Of a DNA stretch of 61,634 bases, positions 19,670 through 28,722 are shown one piece after another (position 1 is the first letter of the stretch; each line of letters starts with the position of its first letter). Both the position numbers and the translations under genes were made by a program. Source of the DNA: Patescibacteria group bacterium (GTDB taxonomy: Bacteria; Patescibacteriota; Minisyncoccia; JAHIHE01); the NCBI GenBank assembly GCA_018896765.1, contig JAHILZ010000016.1, forward strand, positions 1 to 61,634. Reading direction: 5' to 3'. The notes under the pieces are model-generated. The model was not told the DNA's origin and did not search any database. It saw only the letters and a list, made by a program, of their open reading frames with translations.

Positions 19670-20953
19670 ATGTCCAGTAATTCCAACCCTTATCAAAACG
19701 CATTAACTCAGCTGGAAATCGCCGCCGGAGTTTTGAAAATAAACAAAGATATTTTGGAAATTTTAAAAGTTCCCAAAAGAATTTTAAAAGTATATATTCC
19801 GGTGCGGATGGATGACGGAAGCATTAAAAATTTCGAAGGATTCAGAGTCCAGCACAATGACGCGCGCGGGCCTTTTAAAGGCGGAATTCGGTTTTCGCCG
19901 GAAGTTTCAATGGATGAAGTGATGGCGCTTTCAATGTGGATGACATGGAAGACGGCGGTAGTCGGAGTTCCTTATGGCGGAGCCAAAGGCGGAGTGATTG
20001 TGGATACCAAGAAATTATCAAAAGGGGAGCTGGAAAGATTATCCCGCGGCTATGCGCGCGCGGTGCATAAATTTATCGGGCCCAATATTGACGTGCCGGC
20101 GCCGGATATGTACACCACGCCGGAAATTATGGCTTGGATGGCGAATGAATATTCAAGAATTGTCGGCGAAAACACCCCGGCATCTTTTACCGGGAAACCA
20201 GTTGAAGTCGGCGGATCGCTTGGCCGGGCGAACTCAACATCAGTTGGCGGAATTTATGTTTTGGAGGAAGCGCTGAAAAAAATTGGAAAAGAAAAACGGC
20301 ATATTACTGTAGCAATACAAGGAATGGGAAATGTTGGCGCTAATGCGGCGAAAATTTTATATAATGAAGATTGCAATATTGTGGCGGTTTCGGATTCTAG
20401 AGGCGGAATAATTTTAAAAGACCAAAGACCAAAGACCAAAGACCAAAAATTAAACATGGAGGGTTTAAATATTTTGAAAGTTTTGGAATATAAAGAAAAA
20501 AATGGCTCGGTTGCCGGATTTCATGGAACAAAAACAATTACCAATGAAGAATTGCTGGTTTTGCCGGTTGATGTTTTGATTCCGGCGGCGCTGGAAAATC
20601 AAATTACTATAAAAAATGCCCATGATATCAAGGCAAAAATAATTCTTGAGTTAGCTAATGGTCCGACTACGCCGGAAGCGGATAAAATTTTAGACGCGAA
20701 AGGAATTTTGGTTGTGCCGGATATTCTGGCCAATGCCGGCGGAGTGCTGGTGAGCTACTTTGAATGGGCGCAGAATCGAATGGGTTATTATTGGGATGAG
20801 CAAGAAGTTAATGAAAAATTAAAAAAGCAAATGATCCGATCATTTAATGATGTTTGGGCGGTTAAAGAAAAATATAAGGTTGATACCCGCGTCGCGGCGA
20901 ATATTCTGGCGCTGGAAAGAGTGGTTAAAGCGATGAAATTGAGAGGGGTGTAG
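19670..20953 (+). CDS. gdhA: Glu/Leu/Phe/Val-family dehydrogenase, probably glutamate dehydrogenase
   Basis: FKGGIRF with the catalytic Lys region, GMGNVG NAD(P) motif, C-terminal YFEWAQN. Confidence 0.85.
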   Translation: MSSNSNPYQNALTQLEIAAGVLKINKDILEILKVPKRILKVYIPVRMDDGSIKNFEGFRVQHNDARGPFKGGIRFSPEVSMDEVMALSMWMTWKTAVVGVPYGGAKGGVIVDTKKLSKGELERLSRGYARAVHKFIGPNIDVPAPDMYTTPEIMAWMANEYSRIVGENTPASFTGKPVEVGGSLGRANSTSVGGIYVLEEALKKIGKEKRHITVAIQGMGNVGANAAKILYNEDCNIVAVSDSRGGIILKDQRPKTKDQKLNMEGLNILKVLEYKEKNGSVAGFHGTKTITNEELLVLPVDVLIPAALENQITIKNAHDIKAKIILELANGPTTPEADKILDAKGILVVPDILANAGGVLVSYFEWAQNRMGYYWDEQEVNEKLKKQMIRSFNDVWAVKEKYKVDTRVAANILALERVVKAMKLRGV

Positions 20954-21193
20954 AAAAAGTTAAAAGTTAAAAGTTAAAAGTTCAAAGTTTTGGGCATTCG
21001 TTTTCAATTTTACTTGGATAATTGGGATAATCCAAGTGGAGTTTATGAAGTCAGAAAGTTAAATTTTTTGTCATTGCTTGCCCCGTTAGATAGTAATATT
21101 CTGCTTATAAGTGTTTGATATAAATTATCTAATGGAGCGAGGAGTCAGCAGACGACGAAGCAATCTCGTGCTTGGGGAAAAATTAAATGAAAT

Positions 21194-21230
21194 AAAAAAA
21201 TGACCGTATGATTTTTAATCAGTGACGGTC
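21194..21230 (-). terminator. intrinsic terminator of the small Cys-containing ORF
   Basis: On the minus strand, a gaccgt...acggtc stem is followed by tttttttatt. Confidence 0.55.
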
Positions 21231-21243
21231 TTTTAAAATACAC

Positions 21244-21384
21244 TTAGTCGTCATCTCTATCCGCCTCTTGGCAAGCGGCGAAACGTTCCGGAGTTTTTCT
21301 TTTGCATTTCTTGGCAGTTTCACATTGGGGTTCTTCGGGTTCGGGTTTGGGTTTGGGTTTGAATATATTAAATATGTTGAACAT
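21244..21384 (-). CDS. 46-aa small protein, KP/EP-rich with 3 Cys
   Basis: GGAGG sits 7 nt before the ATG. Reads MFNIFNIFKPKPKPEPEEPQCETAKKCKRKTPERFAACQEADRDDD. A terminator lies 14 nt after the stop. Below the ORF-track size cutoff. Confidence 0.45.
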   Translation of the reverse strand: MFNIFNIFKPKPKPEPEEPQCETAKKCKRKTPERFAACQEADRDDD

Positions 21385-21483
21385 ATTTACCTCCTTTTTG
21401 TTTTATTCATAATATTTTAACATTTTGGATTTGTCAAGAAGCGATATTTTTGCTACACTAAAGATAGAAAATAAGCGTAAATT

Positions 21484-21592
21484 CCAAATGACAAATTCCA
21501 AATGACAAATCAAGCTCAAAATCCAAATGACAAAGTTTTTGACATTGCGCATTTGATATTGAATTGACATTTGAGCTTTGACATTTGACATT
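21484..21592. repeat. intergenic hairpin of ccaaatgacaaat words
   Basis: The arms pair around 21540 (caagctcaaa with tttgagctttg). The element occupies a divergent promoter region. Confidence 0.6.
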
Positions 21593-21601
21593 AGTAATAT
21601 T

Positions 21602-22819
21602 ATGCTAAAAAAACGAATATATTTAGACAATGCCGCCACCACTCCGGTGGATCCGGCGGTTTTAAAAGAAATGATGCCGTATTTTATGAAAAAATTCGGC
21701 AATCCTTTTAGCGCGCATTTTTTCGGCCAAGAAGCGAAAGTGGCGATAGATAATGCCAGGGAACAGGTGGCGAATTTTTTAGGCGCAAGTTCGGAGGAGG
21801 TATTTTTTACCAGCGGCGCCACCGAATCAAATAATTGGACAGTTTTCGGAGTTTTAAAAAGCGTAAAAACAAGCGCGGCGGCGGAAAAACCGGGCAGCAT
21901 TTTTGTCCCGCATATTATTACTTCAGCATTTGAACATCATTGTGTTTTGAATTCTTCTTTGGCTAGTGAAAAAGCTGGCGCAAAATTAAGCTTGATCAAG
22001 CCGAATGTGGATGGCGTTATTGACGCGCAAGATATTGCAAAAGAAATTACCGACCAAACAATTTTGATTTCAATAATGTACGTGAATAACGAAGTTGGCA
22101 CAATACAGCCGATTAAAGAAATAGGCGAGATTATAAAAAATGCCAAAGCTGATCGTCTGGCAAAAGGAAATAAAATGCCTTTGTATTTTCATACTGACGC
22201 GGTGCAAGCGGCTAATTATTTGAAGTGCGATGTTGATTATTTGGGGGTTGATCTTTTAACATTGTCAGCTCATAAAATTTACGGTCCCAAAGGCGCGGGT
22301 TGTCTTTATGTCCGCCGCGGTACGCGGATCGCGCCGAGCCAATACGGCGGCGAGCAAGAAAGCAATTTGCGCGCCGGGACTCATAATGTGCCGGGAATTG
22401 TGGGCATGGGCAAGGCCGTGAGTTTGATCGAAAAGCATAAAAAAGGCCTGCCGAAAATGAAAAAACTCCGCGACAAATTGTTCGCGGAAATTATGAAAAT
22501 TAGCGGAACTCAAATTAATGGTTCTCGGGAGTTTCGCGCGCCCAATAATGCTAATTTTAGTTTTAGGGGCATAGAAGGGGAGAGCTTGATTATATCTCTC
22601 GATATGGCCGGCATTGCCGCTTCTACGGGCTCTGCTTGCTCTTCCGCGAGTCTCGCGCCATCTCATGTTTTGACTTCAATGGGAATTTCTCCGGAGGTTG
22701 CTCACGCGAGTCTCCGTCTTACTCTGGGGAAAGACGCTACCGAGCAAGAAATAAATTATGTGATAAAAGAATTGCCACCTATTATTGAGCGGTTAAGGAA
22801 AATATCAGGGAGAAGATAG
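21602..22819 (+). CDS. cysteine desulfurase (NifS/IscS family)
   Basis: LDNAATTPVD, PLP-lysine SAHKIYGPKG, active-site GSACSS. Start moved to the ATG at 21602 because upstream codons are repeat DNA. Confidence 0.85.
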   Translation: MLKKRIYLDNAATTPVDPAVLKEMMPYFMKKFGNPFSAHFFGQEAKVAIDNAREQVANFLGASSEEVFFTSGATESNNWTVFGVLKSVKTSAAAEKPGSIFVPHIITSAFEHHCVLNSSLASEKAGAKLSLIKPNVDGVIDAQDIAKEITDQTILISIMYVNNEVGTIQPIKEIGEIIKNAKADRLAKGNKMPLYFHTDAVQAANYLKCDVDYLGVDLLTLSAHKIYGPKGAGCLYVRRGTRIAPSQYGGEQESNLRAGTHNVPGIVGMGKAVSLIEKHKKGLPKMKKLRDKLFAEIMKISGTQINGSREFRAPNNANFSFRGIEGESLIISLDMAGIAASTGSACSSASLAPSHVLTSMGISPEVAHASLRLTLGKDATEQEINYVIKELPPIIERLRKISGRR

Positions 22820-22822
22820 GGC

Positions 22823-22937
22823 TAGTGAGTAGGTTGTAGTGAGTAGTGAGTAGAAATAATATTAGGTTATAGTGAGCAATAAGCAGAAAAAGTATTTTAA
22901 ATTTTTCTACTTACTACCAACTACTTACCACCCACTG
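22823..22937. repeat. intergenic hairpin of tagtgag words
   Basis: agtgagtaggttgtagtgagtagtgagtagaaa faces tttctacttactaccaactacttaccacccact. Confidence 0.65.
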
Positions 22938-22939
22938 AT

Positions 22940-23035
22940 TTACAGGTATGGCACAAACAAAAATCCGACCATGCTGAATATTATTATAATGGATGCGATT
23001 ATCCAAAATATTTTAATAATTTTTTTATGTTTCAT
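22940..23035 (-). CDS. 31-aa hydrophobic mini-protein (speculative)
   Basis: MKHKKIIKIFWIIASIIIIFSMVGFLFVPYL is one TM helix. It lies between two hairpin elements and has no SD. Confidence 0.25.
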   Translation of the reverse strand: MKHKKIIKIFWIIASIIIIFSMVGFLFVPYL

Positions 23036-23044
23036 TGTTGGAGT

Positions 23045-23124
23045 GTAGAAGGTGGAAGGTGGAATGTAGTTTAATACAATTTTGAATTAATTTGCTACTT
23101 TCCACTTTCTACTTTCCACTTTCT
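23045..23124. repeat. intergenic hairpin of ggtggaa words
   Basis: gtagaaggtggaaggtggaatgtag faces ctactttccactttctactttccactttct. Confidence 0.65.
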
Positions 23125-23128
23125 GTGT

Positions 23129-23617
23129 ATGTTGTTTGATTTAAGTTATAAATTAAATTCCGGTGAAAAGCTCGTTGGCATTGCGCGAAAGCACTGGTTT
23201 TTAATTGTTCCGAGGCTGATAGAATTTTTAATCATTATATCACTATTGATTATTTTTGCAAATAAACTTGGCAATTCAAGAGAAAGTTTTGCAATTACCG
23301 TTATTTTAATTGCTTGTTTTATTGCTTATTTTATTTATACTTGGATTCTAACGCGCGTAGATTATTTTATTATTACCAGCGAGCGCATTATTAGAATAAA
23401 GCAGAAAGGGGTTTGGGACAGGGATTTGAATGAGATTTCGATTTTAGATATTAGCAATATCACGCTGAACGAAAAAGGAATCGCGGCGGCATTTTTGAAA
23501 TTCGGTTCGATTAAAATAACTTTAAAAAATTCAGCATTGTTTAATATGGCAAATATTGCCGACTGCGCGAAAATTTATCAAGGATTAATAAAATTAAAAG
23601 GAATTAAAAAAGCATGA
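23129..23617 (+). CDS. membrane protein with bacterial PH (YdbT/DUF304-like) domain
   Basis: Two TM helices followed by a region resembling bPH domains. The assignment is weak. Confidence 0.45.
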   Translation: MLFDLSYKLNSGEKLVGIARKHWFLIVPRLIEFLIIISLLIIFANKLGNSRESFAITVILIACFIAYFIYTWILTRVDYFIITSERIIRIKQKGVWDRDLNEISILDISNITLNEKGIAAAFLKFGSIKITLKNSALFNMANIADCAKIYQGLIKLKGIKKA

Positions 23618-24033
23618 GGCGTTTTTTAAAACGGCAGTTTTCCGGCAAAAAAAATTTCAAGCTTATGATTTTGAATTCACCCTTTTGGCTGGTAATAGGG
23701 TTTATTATTTTTATTTTTGCTTTTTCCGCCTTTTTAAAGATTACCTGGCAGAAAATAGAGATTCAGGGACAAATCGATAAATTAAAAAAAGAAGCCGAAA
23801 TGCTTGAAACAGATAATAAATATTTGATCGACTCCTTGGATTTTTTTGCGTCGGAAAGTTTTAAAGAGCGGGAGATGCGGCTAAAATTAAATTTGCAAAA
23901 ACCGGATGAGCGGGTAATAATTATTTCTCGGGATGAAAATAGGTCAAAAGAGGAAATACCCGCCTCGGCGGACGATAAATCTCAGATGCTAGCCAATATA
24001 AAAAAATGGCGGGAATATTTTTTTAGGAAATAG
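23614..24033 (+). CDS. FtsB/DivIC-like septum formation initiator
   Basis: One TM helix, then a coiled coil (DKLKKEAEMLETDNKYL). Start overlaps the upstream stop (ATGA). Confidence 0.5.
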   Translation: MRRFLKRQFSGKKNFKLMILNSPFWLVIGFIIFIFAFSAFLKITWQKIEIQGQIDKLKKEAEMLETDNKYLIDSLDFFASESFKEREMRLKLNLQKPDERVIIISRDENRSKEEIPASADDKSQMLANIKKWREYFFRK

Positions 24034-24094
24034 AAAATTGATTTTTATATCGGAATAATATATTAAAATAAAAATGGCCATTAAAATTATTCGC

Positions 24095-24165
24095 GCGGGT
24101 ATAGTATAACGGTATTATGTGTCCTTCCCAAGGATAAGACACGGGTCCGACTCCCGTTACCCGCT
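24095..24165 (+). tRNA. tRNA-Gly (anticodon CCC)
   Basis: Hand-folded with acceptor gcgggta/tacccgc, anticodon stem tgtcc/ggata, loop ttCCCaa and T-arm acggg-tccgact-cccgt. Confidence 0.8.
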
Positions 24166-24253
24166 CAATAATATAAATGTCCACAATATCCTCGCGCAAT
24201 TGCTTGACTTTAGCGGAACAATGATATATTATAAACGCAACAATGTTGCAACT

Positions 24254-24676
24254 ATGAATTTGGATACTGTTTTTCAAAATATACATTCAAAGGGCGGGCG
24301 GATTACAAAAATCCGCAAGGAGATCGCGCGGACACTATTTGAAAAAAACTGTTTGATGTCTCAAGCGGATATTTTAACTGTATTGAAAAAGCGGCAAATC
24401 TGCCCTAATCGTTCAACTATTTTTCGCGAGCTGTTTTTCTTTGCTAAAAATAATATTATTATAAAAAATACTATTTTAGACATTGATTATTACGAAATCC
24501 CGCAAGATCACCATCATCATCTTGTTTGCTTAAGCTGTAATTCAATTATCAAAGTTGAAATCGGCAGCCATTTAGTAAAACAAGAAAAACAAATCGCCAA
24601 ACAAAACAAATTTAATATTATTAACCATTCGTTGGAGTTTTATGGTATATGTAAATTTTGTCAAAATTTGGATTAG
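24254..24676 (+). CDS. zur: Fur-family regulator, probably Zur
   Basis: Winged-helix N-domain, HHHH then CLSC...CKFC metal sites, directly upstream of znuABC-like genes. Start set at 24254 because upstream codons overlap tRNA-Gly. Confidence 0.75.
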   Translation: MNLDTVFQNIHSKGGRITKIRKEIARTLFEKNCLMSQADILTVLKKRQICPNRSTIFRELFFFAKNNIIIKNTILDIDYYEIPQDHHHHLVCLSCNSIIKVEIGSHLVKQEKQIAKQNKFNIINHSLEFYGICKFCQNLD

Positions 24677-24829
24677 AATGATTTTTTAATAAAAATATGC
24701 GCATGTTTTGTAAAAATAGATGTGGAGGAATAATTGATTATGTGATCATACTATCCCCTGTGTTTATTCCCTACTTCTTTTTAAAAATAAAGAAATTTTT
24801 TAAAAAATAATTATTATCTAAACGGTCTT

Positions 24830-25792
24830 ATGAAAAAAATACTATTCGCTATCGGGGTTGTCACAATTATTGTTTTGGGGATTTACGCGGTATCAAATAT
24901 TGCCCAAAAGTCCAAAAACGATTCTCAAAAAATCACAATTGTCGCGACACTTTTTCCATTATATGATTTTGTCAAAAATGTCGGCCAAGATAAAGTAGAA
25001 GTTTTACTGCTCCTTCCGCCGGGCATCGAAGCGCATAGTTTTGAGCCAAAACCAAGCGATATTGTCAGAATCAACGAAGCAGACTTATTAGTTTATACCG
25101 GAAAATTTATGGAACCATGGGCCGAAGATATTATTAATGGGATATCCGGAAAAAATGTAAAAGTCGTTGACGCGAGCTCGGAAATAGAATTAATGAAAGA
25201 GGGCGAAGAACATGAAGAAGAACACGAGGAAGCGGAAGAACATAGACATGAACATAACGGGATCGACCCGCACATCTGGCTTGATTTTGACAACGCTAAG
25301 ATCATGGTTGACAACATCGCCAAAGCCATGGCGGAAAAAGACGCTGCTAACGCCGATTATTATCAAAAAAACGCAACCGAGTATAAAAACCAATTGACAA
25401 AATTGGATAATGAATACGAAACAGCCCTTTTTGAATGTAAAACCAAAAAAATTATTTATGGCGGTCATTACGCTTTCGGATATTTGGCTCATCGCTACGG
25501 ACTTGAGCATATAGCCGCGCAGGGATTTTCGCCGGATGCCGAACCAACCGCCCCAGATCTCATAAATTTGGTCGAACAAATAAAAAAAGACAATATTGGA
25601 TATGTTTTTTACGAAGAATTAACCAGCCCCAAAATTGCCGAAATCATAGCTGTTGAAACAAAAGCAAAAATGCTTCTTTTGAACGCCGCGCATAATCTGG
25701 CTAAAGAAGATTTTGAAAACAATGTTTCATTCCTTTCAATTATGGAAAATAATCTAAAAAATCTTTCTATCGGGCTTCAATGCAACAATTAA
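24830..25792 (+). CDS. znuA: metal ABC transporter substrate-binding protein (ZnuA-like)
   Basis: Cluster-9 SBP fold motifs and an acidic His-rich loop EGEEHEEEHEEAEEHRHEHNGIDPHIW typical of zinc-specific ZnuA. Confidence 0.8.
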   Translation: MKKILFAIGVVTIIVLGIYAVSNIAQKSKNDSQKITIVATLFPLYDFVKNVGQDKVEVLLLLPPGIEAHSFEPKPSDIVRINEADLLVYTGKFMEPWAEDIINGISGKNVKVVDASSEIELMKEGEEHEEEHEEAEEHRHEHNGIDPHIWLDFDNAKIMVDNIAKAMAEKDAANADYYQKNATEYKNQLTKLDNEYETALFECKTKKIIYGGHYAFGYLAHRYGLEHIAAQGFSPDAEPTAPDLINLVEQIKKDNIGYVFYEELTSPKIAEIIAVETKAKMLLLNAAHNLAKEDFENNVSFLSIMENNLKNLSIGLQCNN

Positions 25793-25803
25793 ATTAAACA
25801 ATT

Positions 25804-26556
25804 ATGAAAGCAATTATTGAAGCAGACAACTTGACAGTGTGTTATGGCTCAAGCGAAGCTATAAAAGACATTACTTTCTCTGTATATTCCGGCGATTTTG
25901 TCGGTTTGACAGGACCCAACGGTTCCGGAAAAACAACGGTTATAAAAGCGCTGCTCGGACTTTTACCGATAACAAAAGGAAAGATATCTCTTTTTGGACA
26001 AACGCAAAAATCTTTTACCGACTGGGGGAAAATCGGCTACTTGCCTCAAAAATTATCAAGCTTAAACCCTCTTTTTCCCGCTTCGGTGGAAGAAGTTGTT
26101 TTTCTTGGACTTTTATCTAAGAAAAAAATGCTTAAAATTATTACCAAAGATGATAAAGAAAAAGTTCAAAAGATATTAAATGCTCTGGAAATTTCCGATT
26201 TAAAAAATAAAACATTGTCCGAGCTTTCGGGCGGACAGCAACAGCGAGTCATGCTGGCTCGCTCGCTTGTGGCAGAGCCGGATGTTTTGATTTTTGACGA
26301 GCCCTCAACCGCGCTTGATCCGGAATCGCGCGAAGCGTTTTTCGCTCTTATTCAAAAGCTGAATAAAGAGAATGGGATTGCCATAATTTTGATTACGCAT
26401 GACATCGGCTGTATCGGGCGTTTTGCCAATAAGCTTATGTATCTGGACAAAAATTTGATTTACTTTGGGAGTTTCAGCGAATTTTGCCGGTCAGGGAAAA
26501 TGAGTTCGTATTTCGGCCCCGATAGCCAGCACATTATTTGCCATCAACACAACTAA
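25804..26556 (+). CDS. znuC: metal ABC transporter ATP-binding protein
   Basis: Walker A GPNGSGKTT, signature LSGGQQQR, Walker B LIFDEP. Confidence 0.85.
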   Translation: MKAIIEADNLTVCYGSSEAIKDITFSVYSGDFVGLTGPNGSGKTTVIKALLGLLPITKGKISLFGQTQKSFTDWGKIGYLPQKLSSLNPLFPASVEEVVFLGLLSKKKMLKIITKDDKEKVQKILNALEISDLKNKTLSELSGGQQQRVMLARSLVAEPDVLIFDEPSTALDPESREAFFALIQKLNKENGIAIILITHDIGCIGRFANKLMYLDKNLIYFGSFSEFCRSGKMSSYFGPDSQHIICHQHN

Positions 26557-26557
26557 T

Positions 26558-27364
26558 ATGGACATAGTTAATTTTCTACAATATTCATTCATTCAAAAAG
26601 CTTTTTTTGCCGGTTCGTTTGTCGCTATTACCTGCGCGGTGTTGGGAATGTTTTTAGTGCTTCGTAAAATGTCATTGATCGGCGACGGACTTTCCCATGT
26701 AAGTTTTGGCGCGATCGCTTTGGGTCTGTTTTTTGGCGTGTATCCGTTTTATGTGGCTGTGCCTGTCGTGATGCTTGGGTCGCTTGCGATACTAAAAATT
26801 ACTGAAAAAGCAAAAGTTTATGGCGACGCGGCGATTGGCATCGTATCGGCAATCGGCATTGCCGGCGGAGTTATTTTAGCAAGCTTGTCAAAAGGATTTA
26901 ATGTTGATCTTTTCAGCTATCTTTTTGGAAATATCTTGGCTATCAGCGCCACAGAAGTTATTCTCTCTATAATTCTTTCTTTTTTAATGTTAGCTGTGTT
27001 GTTTTTTTTCTATTGGGATTTATTCTCCGCGACTTTTGACGAAGAATACGCCAAAACAACAGGCATAAAAACGAATTTTATAAATACGCTTTTGGCGCTG
27101 CTTACGGCAGTTACCGTTGTCTTATCGGTAAAAGTGGTTGGCGTAATGCTCGTGTCCGCGCTTCTTATTTTGCCGGCTGTAACCGCTTTGCAACTGGCAA
27201 AAGGATTTAAAACAGCAATCATACTTGCCGTTATAATATCACTTGCGTCTGTTGTTTCGGGAATAACTTTATCCTTTTTTCTTGATTTGCCGACAGGAGC
27301 GACGATTGTGATGATAAACGCTGTTTTTTTCGGTTTCGCGCTGATTTATAAAAAAATAAGATAA
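26558..27364 (+). CDS. znuB: metal ABC transporter permease
   Basis: ABC-3 family permease pattern with about 8 TM helices, in operon position after znuC. Confidence 0.85.
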   Translation: MDIVNFLQYSFIQKAFFAGSFVAITCAVLGMFLVLRKMSLIGDGLSHVSFGAIALGLFFGVYPFYVAVPVVMLGSLAILKITEKAKVYGDAAIGIVSAIGIAGGVILASLSKGFNVDLFSYLFGNILAISATEVILSIILSFLMLAVLFFFYWDLFSATFDEEYAKTTGIKTNFINTLLALLTAVTVVLSVKVVGVMLVSALLILPAVTALQLAKGFKTAIILAVIISLASVVSGITLSFFLDLPTGATIVMINAVFFGFALIYKKIR

Positions 27365-27377
27365 TTTATGAATTATC

Positions 27378-28580
27378 TTATTTTTTTACCGCTTTGGCTA
27401 CCGCTTTGGCTACCGCTTTGGCTACCGCTTTGGCTACCGCTTTGGCTACCGCTTTGGCTACCGCTTTGGCTACGCGCTTATCCAGCGCCGAAGGAATAAT
27501 ATAATTTGGCGCGAGTTTATTTTTTGGCACAAGATTGGCGATGGCATATGCGGCGGCAATTTTTGTTTTATCGGTTATTTCCTTGACGCGCGCGTCAAGA
27601 ATTCCGCGGAATAATCCCGGAAATACAAGCAGGTTATTAATTTGATTGGGATAATCAGAGCGGCCGGCGCCGATAATTTTGGCGCCGGCTTTTTTTGCTT
27701 CTTCGGGAGTAATTTCCCCGATTGGATTAGCAAGAGCGAAAATAATCGGATTTTTCGCCATTGCGCGAATCATTTCACGGGTTAGGATTTTTGGCGCGGA
27801 TACGCCGATAAATACATCAGCGTTTATTAGCGCTTCAGCCATAGTGCCTTGGAAATTTTTTGGATTTGTCAGCGAGGCAAGCTCCGTTTTGTATTTATCA
27901 TTGCCAACCCTTGAATTATATATTGCGCCTTTGGAATCGCAAACTATTAAATTTTTTGCTCCGGCAGCGGTTAAAAGCTTAGCGGTGGCGTTTCCCGCCG
28001 CACCCGCGCCGCACAGAATTATTTTCGCGCCGGCAATTTTTCTTCTGGATAATTTTAAGCCGTTGATGAGTCCGGCAAGAATTGCGATGGCTGTTCCTTC
28101 CTGATCGTCGTGAAAAACAGGAATATCCAGTTCTTTTTTTAATCGCTTTTCTATTTCAAAGCATTTAGGCGAGGCGATATCTTCAAGATTGATCGCTCCA
28201 AAAACCGGCGCGATATTTTTTACGGTTTTAATTATTTCTTCCGTATCCTGAGTGGCGAGGCAAATTGGAATAGCGTCCACATTGCCGAATTTCTTGAAAA
28301 GAATAGCTTTACCTTCCATGACAGGGAGCGCCGCCTCGGGGCCGATATTTCCCAAACCTAAAACTCGCGAGCCGTCAGTGACGATGGCAATCAAATTATT
28401 GCGCGAGGTGTAATCATAAACAGTTTTTTTATCTTTGGCGATTGCGAGGCATACCTCCGCTACGCCCGGCGTATAAGCGCAAGCGAGGTCGTTTTTTGTT
28501 TTGAGAGAAATCTTGCTTTTAATTTCGATTTTGCCTTTATTTTTGAAATGCAATTTTAAGGATTTTTTTCCGTAATTCAT
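27378..28580 (-). CDS. NAD(P)-dependent malic enzyme with (AKAV)x7 C-terminal tail
   Basis: YTPGVA, VVTDGSRVLGLGNIG-type and GAGAAG motifs. The C-terminus is a 12-nt tandem array. Confidence 0.85.
   Translation of the reverse strand: MNYGKKSLKLHFKNKGKIEIKSKISLKTKNDLACAYTPGVAEVCLAIAKDKKTVYDYTSRNNLIAIVTDGSRVLGLGNIGPEAALPVMEGKAILFKKFGNVDAIPICLATQDTEEIIKTVKNIAPVFGAINLEDIASPKCFEIEKRLKKELDIPVFHDDQEGTAIAILAGLINGLKLSRRKIAGAKIILCGAGAAGNATAKLLTAAGAKNLIVCDSKGAIYNSRVGNDKYKTELASLTNPKNFQGTMAEALINADVFIGVSAPKILTREMIRAMAKNPIIFALANPIGEITPEEAKKAGAKIIGAGRSDYPNQINNLLVFPGLFRGILDARVKEITDKTKIAAAYAIANLVPKNKLAPNYIIPSALDKRVAKAVAKAVAKAVAKAVAKAVAKAVAKAVKK
27387..27470. repeat. perfect 12-nt tandem repeat x7 (taccgctttggc)
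   Basis: Seven identical units. They encode AKAV x7 on the minus strand. Confidence 0.95.
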
Positions 28581-28671
28581 ATGGATATTTTTTGAGTTTA
28601 AATTTTACGCGTGCTTATATTCTAACATTTTTTTAGTGAAAATGTAAGTATTGTATATTGTTCATCGAATA

Positions 28672-28705
28672 TAAAAAACTACCGCCATAAAAATTCAGGC
28701 GATAG
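28672..28705 (-). terminator. intrinsic terminator downstream of SOD
   Basis: On the minus strand, an 8-bp stem ctatcgcc...ggcggtag is followed by ttttttat. Confidence 0.6.
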
Positions 28706-28722
28706 TTAATTAAAATCTATGA

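Noticed and set aside
21403-21900. 165-aa minus-strand ORF from the track.
   Set aside because: It is antisense to the well-supported cysteine desulfurase gene and to repeat DNA, with no motifs. It is a shadow ORF. The same reasoning applies to 47516-48157, 35429-36007, 43765-44277, 25190-25579, 22265-22666, 28882-29259, 27679-28104 and the other short antisense ORFs inside recognised genes.
24023-24286. 87-aa minus ORF and the first 45 codons of plus ORF 24119-24676.
   Set aside because: Both overlap tRNA-Gly (24095-24165). The Fur-family gene is better started at 24254.
24677-24829. Zur/Fur operator upstream of znuA.
   Set aside because: Only weak partial palindromes are present (tgattatgtgatca), with no convincing match to known Zur-box patterns from memory.
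27387-27470. Possible CRISPR array (regular short repeats), also considered at 36363-36401 and 19641-19668.
   Set aside because: The units are contiguous 12-nt or 7-nt tandem copies with no spacers, and no cas genes are nearby. The 12-mer array is in-frame coding sequence.
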